From Pelomyxa schiedti (lineage: Eukaryota; Protista; Evosea): 52,567 bases of DNA. The stretch is from assembly GCA_020536535.1 (NCBI GenBank), contig JAHLWZ010000904.1, positions 1 through 52,567 of the forward strand, given 5' to 3'. A program made the position numbers and the translations under genes. Positions 9,953 to 20,463 of this stretch are shown in pieces (the stretch's first letter is position 1; each line of letters opens with the position of its first letter). The notes under the pieces were generated by a model. It ran no database searches, was not told where the DNA came from, and worked only from the letters and a program-made list of their open reading frames with translations.

Positions 9953-12288
9953 TTAAAAAATTAAAACCGGCTCTTCTTCCACTGGTAGCATTTCGACGCA
10001 CCTCTTGCGGGATATTGGAGGAAGACTGCAATGTTTTTGTCGCGTGTCAGGGAAATACATTGTGTGGGAGGGTTACCTGACAGTAACAGCATACTTCTTT
10101 CCAACTTCAGCACCTCTTTTGGCAGCAAGGCCTTTATAATACTGCAAGTAAGCAAAAGAGACATCGCCTCGGAGAAGCTGGTGTGCTTCACAAGCTGCTA
10201 CCCAGGTGTCAAAGACCCTATCAGATATCGACACCCACATATCAGGGTGGTAGTCTTCCAAGTCTTCCCAGTTCTCCAGGTAATAGAGGCCTCTTACGAG
10301 GTGTGCAGGGTGGGCTCCCTTTATGGCAGGAAGAGCTGCTAGGAAACTGCCCTGCGTTGCGTTATGAGTTTTACTGGGGTCTCAGCTAACTAACCTCCAT
10401 GACCGACTGGTAAGTGGCACGGTGGTCCCGATGGAATGACCCTCGCCAATGTGTTAAGATAACATCGGGCTTTAAATCTCGGACGAGTGCACAAACATTT
10501 GTGTATGTTGCCTAGTGTTATTTAGAAGGGATACCTTTCCTAACAACTGTACCAATTCTGGTTGAAGTTCACCATCCTTGTAATCAAGAACGATGCACTT
10601 CTCAGCACCCATTATTGCGGCTGAAGCATTGGCTTCCTTTATACGCTGAGCACGGTAGGCTTGATCATCCATTTTAGGATTCCCTTTCTCACCCGCTGTC
10701 ATATGCTTACACCATTTAATGTTATGGAAACAAGAGGAGAGAAAATACCAAGATTGTAACGCGATGTCCTGCTTGGGCATATTTAGTGGCAAGCAATCCC
10801 CCGGAAATTTCTGCATCACCTAAGAGTACTAAGGATATGTGAGGCATTGTAAGCACTTGCCTATATGAGCTCCAATAACTAGAACGTGCAGTTTCTTCCC
10901 TGGCGAGATTGTGGTTGTTGGGGCAATTTCAGGCACTACCGATAGTGGTTGCGCTGGAGAGATGTTGTATGTCATAATGGAAAAAGTACGGAACGCCCTC
11001 ATTCCGTGTCTTGCGTAAAATCTAGCAGCAGCGTCTATATGTCATATGAGACAAGAGATTAACGTAATTTTTGTACCATCTGCCCAGTTGAACCAAATTG
11101 ATCTTCCATCTCGCTGCATTATCCTCATTGCTGCCTCCAGAAATAGCTTGGACAGTTAATGTTTAATGATAATAGAAAGTGTACCTTTGAGCCAACTCCT
11201 TTCGACCGGTATTCTTCATTAACACCGAAAGGTCCAAAGTGCTTTTAACAGTTTTAGAGAAAAAGCGGTACTCAGAATTACCTCTCCTTCCCATTGGCAG
11301 TAACCTTGAGAAGATTAGCTACATTTTCTGGTTCGTTCGTACCAATTACAGAGTTATTCTGAAGAGCAACTAGGACATCGGACAAGGATCCTGATGCCAC
11401 CTTCCCTCTGGCTGCAGTTACCCAGTCCCCTGGAAAGGAGTTGTTCAAGAAGGTCATAAAGGATGGCACATGTTGCCAGCTTAAGTCCCTCACAAGGACT
11501 CCCTAGCATAATTAGAATACATGGAAATATACCTAATTAAAAAAGAAGCCCTCAAAACTTAGCATAGATACCAAGCAACGAGAGTCATTGTTCGCAACAG
11601 AAAGCTGGGAGGGAATGTCCATTTGGGCAAGAACACCAAGCATAGAGACTGGACTGTGATCGGCAGTGCACCCCATTTTATTAAGAAATTGAATTGCCCC
11701 TGCATAAGCTTCAACATCTACTCCAGGAAAAACATAGCCTGGCGCGGAACTGTTGTGAATTAAGTGCTTCCATAGTGGGAAAGAAGTAGGCTACCCTGTC
11801 TTTCCGCATATCCATATCTTTGTACGACTTTCCGTTTTGAAGAAGTTCAGCATGGCGTTCCACAATTTTGTACCAACGCCTTGTCTGTAAAAAGTAAGAT
11901 GCTGAATAGGCACGAAGTGTGCGAAATTACTATACCGCTGTGAATCAGGATGCACAGCCATTACAGGGACGAACCCCAACTGAGATTCCATTCCCAGTCC
12001 TTCGTTTGGCACTCTCCTCACAACGGCACGCGAGAATCCCACGACTCTGTCACCACGGTGAGCAACAAAGATCCCGGAATGTGTCGCTCCTCCGGTGCTG
12101 AAGTTGGGATCTCCGAACAACCAAGTGCATAATCGCGAAATTGTGGTTGGATCTCGCGCCAGGGCGGCGTTCCAAACGCCGAGAATTTCGTTGACATCAC
12201 TTCCCTGCAGCTCCCTCACCTGTCAAGTTGTCATATTTTCACTTTGGCATAATTAGAGGAGTGATGTCTTTAGTACTTGGCTGTCCAT
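9953..12288 (-). CDS. Fusion protein: tandem GNAT acetyltransferase domains + PIG-L/LmbE family deacetylase
   Basis: GNAT1 AVHPDSQRQGVGTKL; GNAT2 HFGPFGVNEEYRSKGVGSK...AAARFYARHGM. The frame then stays open through a linker into VLVIGAHIG|DAEISGG...HMTAGEKG...EANASAAIMGA...LDYKDGEL...KPDVILTHW..HRDH. Confidence 0.85.
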
Positions 12289-12400
12289 TGTTCCGTCGTG
12301 TGGATCTTTGATTTTTGTTTTTTATTATTTGTTTTTTAATCGGGTTCGCTCTGATCGCTCCTTCCTTTTTTCTTGTGTCAAAGTCGATCAAGATCCATAC

Positions 12401-15194
12401 ATGAGTGACGAGAAGGTTCACAGCGAGTCCAGTACCGCACTCATTACGAGTGGGAATGACGAAGATACGGAGGACGACTACGATTATGACACTGTGTTTC
12501 GGCCGGCGCAGGCCGCCGTTTCACCTACACTCTCAGTTGAGGCCACAGCCGCAACTGCCGCTGTCGAATCTGTATCTTTGGAGCCAACGCCTGCTGTTGA
12601 GGCTACGGCTGCAGCAAGCCCGAAAAGTGACGCCAGTGGTGGCTTGCAGCACGTTTTTCGCACTATGCTATCTGGTTTGAAGCTTGAGGCTTGTCAATTT
12701 TGCTCCAGGCTCATGTGGGGTGGAAGTTATGCATTCTGCACTCAGTGCACTTTTTCTTGCCATCTCAAGTGCAAGTACGCCTTCTTTATGTTGGTGCTCT
12801 TGTTTACCTTTTCAGGCAACAGGCCTTGACACAAACCACGTGCACTCTCTCTTCCCACTGCTCCAGGGACAACGCCTCTCTTCAAGTACTCTGTTACTTG
12901 TTTTCATCGGTTAATAACAAACACAAAGGAATCAAAAAAGGCAACTGCTTTCCGTGATAATTTGGGAACTGGCCGGCATACAATGCTACAAAGACGTTTT
13001 TCTAAGCCAACATTTTGTATTGTGTGTCGCAGCTCGATTGGAAGAACAGGGTATCTCATTATTTTCTTTGTTTTCCCTTTAACACGCCACGGAATAAAGG
13101 TGGTTATGTGACGTTTGCTGTTGCGTTGCACACAAGAATTGTTCATCACTTATCCCCTTCCCTTGTGTAAAGACACTCACCACATGGGTATTCTGCACAA
13201 CATATGTTATTCTACACTTACTTCATTAAATAGAATCACCAACATTTTTGGGTTGAAGGAAATTTACATTTAGCAACGGGGTATGTTGCTCCTAAGTGTA
13301 TAGTATGCAGTCACACCTGTGGATCGTTTACTTCTCTTGTTGATAAGCACTGTGTATGGTGCCTGCAAGCTGTGCACACTGCTTGTGCGTCATCGTGTGC
13401 ATCTACTTGTAACCTAGGCATGATCCTTATTCCTGTATGTTAAGGTAATATTAAGAAGGTGATCTTCAAGACCTGATAGTAGATCCCACCTGGGTTATCC
13501 GAGAATCGCAACCTGATGGGACAGAAAAGTGGGTTCTAAAACCCCTTGACCAGTGCCAGGATACTCCGACTTCATCAACAACTTCAGAGTCAGCACCTCC
13601 CACCCTTATCTCACCACTGAACTCCAGCGGGTCCCCTTCAATACCACAATCGAGTTCAAAACTACCCCCCGGTAAGACTCCAAAAGGACCCTTAATTGTC
13701 TTGATAAACCAACGAAGTGGCTGCCTACAAGGCAGGTAACATGCTTCCTGGGATTAAGCCTCATCTCACCAATTATTTTCCGTTCCCATGCAGGGTTGTT
13801 GCTGGAATGCTGGCACAAATTTTGAGCCCCTTCCAAGTATTTAACATTGATGACTCTGGCCCTTCCGTGGCGTTTGACTTCATGGTTCACAATCCACATT
13901 ACCGGTTACTTATGGGTGGTGGAGATGGAACATGTGGGTGTGTCCCAAGTAATTCCCTTTTATTCCATTGACCCAAGATTGCATACAGCTGGATTCTTGG
14001 GGAATTATGTAAAAGATATGTTAACACCAAGCCTTTTGTGGTGCCACTTCCTATCGGAACCGGCAACGATTTATCTCGCGTTTTGGGGTGGGGTGCGGGA
14101 TATACCGGAGATAGTTTGTACAACTGGCTGCTCAACATCTTGCAGCAGTCGTGTCCTGCCATGCTGGATAGGTAATTCTATTGCCGTTCATTTTAAACTC
14201 ACTCTACAAGGTGGTCTGTGGAATCCTCCCCAGAGTTAACACCGTCGCCTCTCCACGATGCTACGCCCCACACTGTTTGTACTTTTCAGAACTACTTCAG
14301 TATTGGAATTGATGCTGCAATTGCACTTGGTGCCCACAACAAGCGGATATCAGTTTGTTCCACAATTTGATGTAAAAATAATGGAATAAACCTTCATCAC
14401 AATAAATAACATCACTGCAGAATCCTGACGCATTTGACAGTCGCCTTGGCAATTTCTTTACATACTTTGTATGTGGAGCAACTGCCTTTTTCCAAAAATT
14501 TGGTGAACTTGATAAACGTGTTTCTCTGTCAGTGGACGATACACAAATACCTCTCACTGGCCTGCAATGCCTTGTTGTGATGAACCTGCCTAGCTATGGG
14601 GCTGGTACTAATGCCTGGGGCTCAAACGCAACTGATGGTATGATAACGCCTACGGTTCCGGCCCATGATGACGTAAGAAACTCGACTACCTCCGTCACTA
14701 CCTCTGTTTCTCCACCTCCAACAACTAGCTTACCCTCTCCACCCATATCTCCTAGTATTCCCGACACCAAGGAGTCTACGCCAAACCCCCCCGCCACTGC
14801 CACCACTTCATCAACACCGTTCATCCCACGTCTGCAGTATTGTGACGACGGCCTTGTTGAGGTTGTTGGCATGAAAGATGTTATGCACCTTGCTGGACTA
14901 CAGTGCCATCTTGTACCTGGCACAAGGCTTGCGCAGGGACGCTGCATTAACTTATGCATACAAGAAAGCATCCCATGCCAAGTTGATGGTGAACCTTTTA
15001 TTCTCGACCCCGGTTCAATCAAAATAGCCTGCAGTTGTCAAGTTGGCGTTCTCACCAGGTTCTCCTCTCCAATCACCCACTTCCCTCTAAAACCAAATAG
15101 GAGACGCATTAGCCCTCTGAGGTCCTCTTTTAGTTCCATACCCTCTCCCGACCTACCACAGTTACCTCTATTAACATCCCAGCACAAACTGTGA
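12401..15194 (+). CDS. Diacylglycerol kinase (C1 domains + DAGK catalytic/accessory)
   Basis: Three C1-like zinc fingers (e.g. HVF..CQFC..CTQCTFSCHLKC), GGGDGTCG, PIGTGNDLSRVLGWG, NYFSIGIDA, NLPSYGAG, DDGLVEVVG, PCQVDGEP. Confidence 0.93.
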
Positions 15195-15646
15195 ACAAGA
15201 TTTTGTATGTTTGCACCATTTGGCCTTCGCATTTTTCACAGGATGTTCCTTGGATGCTGGAAAGACCACGAAACCGTTGGACCAGGTGTGGCCCAGTCAT
15301 TTCAGAATTTTCCCTCCACAGGGCACAGAGAACCAGGACCTGTCCTGCTCCGTGGCTCGGCAAATGGTAGAGGAAACAAAATAATTTCCTTGTCATTGTG
15401 GGACTTCCCATTATCTGGTATGGGGGACCGGGATCTCTTTTTTAGGCTTAAGAAAAAAGTCCCTTCTACAGGTGCTCCGAATTCTCCCCGTTCGATCTTC
15501 TCGTCGAGTTCCCTTCCTGTGGGATTGGCCTCTATGATTTGGGCGGTAGTACAAGAAGATTGGATTGAAGAATTCAGAACACCCAGCCCGTTTTTTTTTT
15601 CATAATTCGAAACAACAAATCTCAAGGAAGGAAAGGTTTTTTTTTC

Positions 15647-18600
15647 CTACAGTCCATCTTCATCATTATCATTAGCTGGATCCTCGTGGGGCATATTTGG
15701 TTGCCTGACAAACGGGAACATTGTCATAAGGAACAACAGCAAAGGGTTGTCTGTCTGTGCTCTGACTGGTTCTGCATCCTGGATTCCCTGATGAGGTGCA
15801 TGGAATTCCAGCCCAAGCGGAATGTCAGCAGGCCCGCCGCCACCACCAAACCGAGGTCTTCCCTCATCCTGGAACAGCAGGTCCCGCGGAACAGTGTTGA
15901 CAACGTCGATGTAGTCACTGAGCACAAGGTGCCTGTACACCACGTCGGACTTGTCATTGTCAGCCTCCTCCCCCCACCTCGCTATTCTCACGGCCTCAGA
16001 GTTCTGTGCTGAGGGGTCATTTGGGTCCTCCAGCCGTGCCAGGGCCTGGGCTGCACATCGCGATAGCCATGAGAATACCACTGGTTCCTTCCACAGTTCA
16101 AAGTTCCTGCCCACATAGATGTCAATGAGCCGGCTCAGCCTTGTGGGCATTTTGATAGATGTTGATTTCCTAGCTGTTGTTGAAGGTGCTGCTGCCGTTG
16201 TTGCTGTTGCTGTTTGTGCTGATGTTGACTTGGGTTCGGGATTGTTAGTGCTATTGTGCTGGGGAAGTGGTGGTGTTAGTGTGTCTGCGGATTGCTGGAG
16301 GAATGGGTGTTGAAGAAGTGTGGGAGGCTGCGGTTCTATTCCGGCTTTGGCGCAGAGCGCGGAGAAGATGGATGGATACATGAGAAGTGCGTCGATGAGT
16401 AGTTCTGTGGAGTTGAGCTCTGCGGTTGGTATGGTGCCATTTGGTTGTGGTTTAGAGTCCTTGCTTTTTGTGGGGGTAGTACTGGTGCTTGGTTTGCTTC
16501 CCCGGCCTTCAAGACAGAACTTGGCCAAGGCAGCACTCCACATCATATTTGGGAGGACAGAGACACTTTGACCACCAAGCTCTTCAAGAAGTTAGCAGTG
16601 TGCATTTTGAAAATTGGGGAGTACCTCCTTTGGTGAAGAAATCTAGAACGAAGGTATATTGTCCACTTTTAATTGCATAAAACTAGTTGGTGTATGTAAG
16701 ATTAATAAGCCAGTGAGAAGGTTTTTATTACATCGACAAGAAGCATAGCCCCCAACGGATCCTCACCATCAAGACTCAAAAGCAATTTGCAGACCTAATA
16801 AAGGAAGTGAAAATTCAAAGGGGTGTAAAATGTATACCTCCAAGGCAGTTCTTGGGCAACCACGACGATTCAAAAGTTGCATGTATCGGAAAAGTGCGAA
16901 AAAGAACGTTCTTTCTCACATTAGGGCAGGCATACACTAAGCCACCATACCTGTTTGGAACCTCAGAAAAACTGAGTTTACAATCTCCTCTTAGACTGAA
17001 CATGTGATGAAACTCAAACTAAATACAACAGTTGGACTCGGCCACTTAATCTCCACAAACCTCAAATGCATAAAGGCATCGCAGTAAAAGATCTTCTGTA
17101 GTTTGTTTTTCTCCTGTCTGTGAGGGTGGGTTAACTGGAGATTGAGCTAAGAAAACACTGACTTGAAGACTGACTAACGCAAGCTGAAGCAGTGAGTCAG
17201 CGTGAAAAGGATTGAAATCCAAAACTTCATGGATCATATCTAAATCAGACTCCTGGCAGAGTTAAGGGCAAAGAAAGAACTTACGCACATACTTGCACAG
17301 CTCTTGAGAATAAATCTTGTGCTTCCTGAGGAATATTGAACCATGTAAACTCACTTGGGGGGAAATACTTTGTACTTTGGAGTCCACACAAAGGTAAACA
17401 TTTTGTTGGCAGGGTCTCCAACTTGCACCATTGTCAATCCACTTCTTGGAGGTGGCCAGTTGGGTTTGGGGGGAACGAGTGTGTTCTGGCCTCGTTTTCT
17501 ACGTAGTTCTTCAGCTCCTCTTGCAGCTAGGAGTCCTGAAGATGAACCACCTCTGTGTGGGCTTGATGATGGTTTGACAACATTACGACCAAACATCTGC
17601 CGCATTTCGCGGTCTGGGTCGAGAAATTGAGGGTCCACCTTGAAAATATTAGGCTGGACCTTGGCACTGGGTTCACTTGAGGCTGAAGAAGGCATACCGC
17701 CCTTCTTCTTTGAAGGGGCAACCTAAACAAATTTTTCATGTAAGAGAACAGTGAAGATTGCTGAGAAGGCATCTTTCACTTGCCTGTTGTTTTGCTTTGG
17801 GCTTTGCTCTTTGTTTCTCCGGTTTCGTTTCTGTTTTCTTGGGTTTACCTTGGCTTCCACTCGCTCCACATCCTTTTGAGCTTCTCTTGGTTGAGCTGAT
17901 GCTGGGTGAAGACGAAGCAGTAGCAGAAGCTGACACAGGAGCGGAACTTGTGCTTGCAGTTTCGACAGAGGATTCCGGCGTGGCTGTGACAGGATTCTCA
18001 GATTGCGGCACTGGGTGCTCCGAATTACCAGGTGGCTCCCTTGATGCAGTATCAGCCACACCCCCTACTTTCTGGGTTTTTTTGCGCTTTGACTTGGAGC
18101 GCTTAGGCTTCACTTCAGCTTGGGCAGAGACCTCCGCACCCTCCTTCTCCCCCTTCTCCTCCTCCTCCTCGTCGGCCACCTCAGCCAATGCCGCAAAAGC
18201 ATTATTCCAAGACCCACTGCTTGCACCCTTGTGAGCCTTTTCCTTTGGCTTCGGGTTCGGCTTCGGCTTTTCCACTCTCTGCTCCTCAGCCTCCTCCCCT
18301 TCCCCTTCCTCTTCCTCTTCCTCTTCTGCCGCCTCCTTCTCCTCCGTATCCTCACCTTCTCCTTCTCCCTCTCCCTCCGCCTTGACCTCGGCCTCGCCCT
18401 CAGCTTGGTTCTCCTCCTTCCCTTCTGCGGCCTGCTGTTCTTCCGCAGCTTCTTTTTCCTCACCCTCGCCCTCTTCCTCTTGCTCAGCCACTGCCACTGC
18501 CACTGCCACTGCCACTGCCTCTTCTTCTTCGTCGGTACTAAGTTGCAGTTGCTGGGGCCTGTCTCGCTTTGACTTTTTGACTTTCTTTTTCTTGGGCACG

Positions 18601-18695
18601 TTGGTCACGTACTCGTCGACTTCCGCCTCGCCCCCCGCCTCTTGGTTCATTTTGGCCTTGAGGGCCATCAAATGGCGCACCTGCTGGTATGACAT
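15647..18695 (-). CDS. TCF25: Ribosome quality control protein TCF25/Rqc1 homolog
   Basis: Acidic/basic N-terminus; DPQFLDPDREMRQMFG; PKPNWPP; NPFHADSLLQLA; DLLLRCLYAFE; RRGCPRTALE|VCKLLLSLD..DPLG. Confidence 0.88.
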
Positions 18696-18882
18696 TGGTC
18701 GCCGGCTCTCGTTGTTGGCCGAAGAATAAAGAAAAAATAACAGATCGACACGACGAGAAAAAAAAGAACAGGTCAAACAGAATTCTTTGCTGGGAATAGA
18801 AAGGGATAGGGAAATGGAAGAAATTCTCTCTTTGTGGTTGTTTGTTGTTTTGTGTTACAACAATAGAGGGTAGTTTTTGTTG

Positions 18883-20233
18883 TTACAGAGGTAGCAGTTT
18901 CCCGTCCAACAATGCCAGTGCCCTCAAAGCAATGTCAATTGCATCCCAGGCAACTTCAGCAGAGTTGGCAACAAAGGTGTCCAGCACGCGGTTGGCAATG
19001 GCTGCACAGATAGTACCAGAGTGGTAGCCCAAAGCACTGCACAGGTGATGCAGAAAAGCAGCTTCCATCTCAAAGTTTTCAACGTGGCACACCTCTGGGT
19101 CCTCAGGTGTTGCAATGGTTGTAAGATTTGACAGGGTATAGTCCACCACCGGCACTGTGGGTGAAACTGTCGGGTGTATATCTCTGCCCTGGTTGGCAAA
19201 GAAGCCAGAGTTGGTTACTGTGATGCCCGTCTTGTGAAGAGGCTTTGCAAGTCCCCGTTGGACTCTGTGGAAATACAGGTTAGTGGGAGAAGTAGGATCA
19301 AGGAAACTCACTGTAAGCTAGTAGCTGCCACTTCCAGGGCATGGACAACATCAGGGTGTGCCATTGACACGTAGGGGAAAATCTTTCCACGGAAACGGGC
19401 GGTGGTTGGCGTTGCGTTGGTTATGCAGTTATAGGCATCTTCTTCCAGCTTTTTAACGACTGGGTTGGGAACAGGGGAGTCATAGAACAGGCCAGTATTA
19501 TCCATACCAAGCTACATTGAAATTTAGACTAAAACCTAAGTTGCGAAAAAACACACAGCATATTTGGTGATAATGGCCGTGCCAAGGGGAGTTTCTTGTC
19601 GGACTGCGCCTGATGTACCCACCCGAATGATATTCAACATTTCTCTTCTATGCTCTAGTCTCATACGCTCAGGCAACTGTTTCTTGTCAGGAAGTTTAAA
19701 CAACAAGAAGCAAACAAGTACCTTGATTTCATTTAGAATGATCAATTCATTGACGACAATCTCCAGAGATGGCGTACCCATACCAGATGTAGCAACAGTG
19801 ACCCTGAATGTTGGCTCTTCAGTGCCGACAGTAACCGAGGGAGCAAGTTTTAAGGTTGAGCCAGCCAGTTTAGTCAAAGAAACTTGCCCCGTGATGAGGG
19901 TGAGACCGCGATGATCGGCGGTGAACTCCCTGCTCAAAAAGTACCTGTCTGCAATTTGTACAGCACGACCTGGGTCACCACAAAGAAGTATACTATGGCT
20001 GACCTAACCGTTGTTAATTTACTTGTGTTTTGTTAATTAAATTTATTAATGGGGGAAAAAAGAGGGGTGCCCCAGGGGAGTAAAAAAGGGGTATAATGAA
20101 AACACAGAAAACGACTAACATGATCCGCATCGGCACAAATGTGGTAGCACTTTTCAGGTTGGTTTGTAGCCGTGGGTAACGTGGCAGCCGTAAGTTTACA
20201 CTTAGACATTGCTGTCGCTGGCGGGGTAGACAT
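18883..20233 (-). CDS. Uridine/nucleoside phosphorylase (PNP_UDP_1 family)
   Basis: CYHI, LLCGDPGRA, SGMGTPSLEIVVNEL, IIRVGTSG, SGFFANQGR, VENFEMEAA, AIANR. Confidence 0.9.
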
Positions 20234-20463
20234 CACAAAGTGGGATAAAACTAAAATAATGATTTTGCTCCAGTAGAAAAAGAAAAGGGCGAGCGTCCGG
20301 CAAAACAACGTAGTTTTCGGAAGTTCAAAATTTTTTTTTTCCTCCTTTTTCGTTGGCACCAATTTTGGTGAAGCAAAACGGAGAGAAAAAAAGAAGAAAT
20401 AAGTAACTACAAGAAGACAAAATGTTGTGTCGCCCACACACAAGAGACAAAGGAAGGTCTATC

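Noticed and set aside
17758-18729. Several + strand ORFs and a (GCCACT)n repeat
   Set aside because: Antisense to the acidic low-complexity N-terminus of TCF25; the repeat encodes its VAVAVA run.
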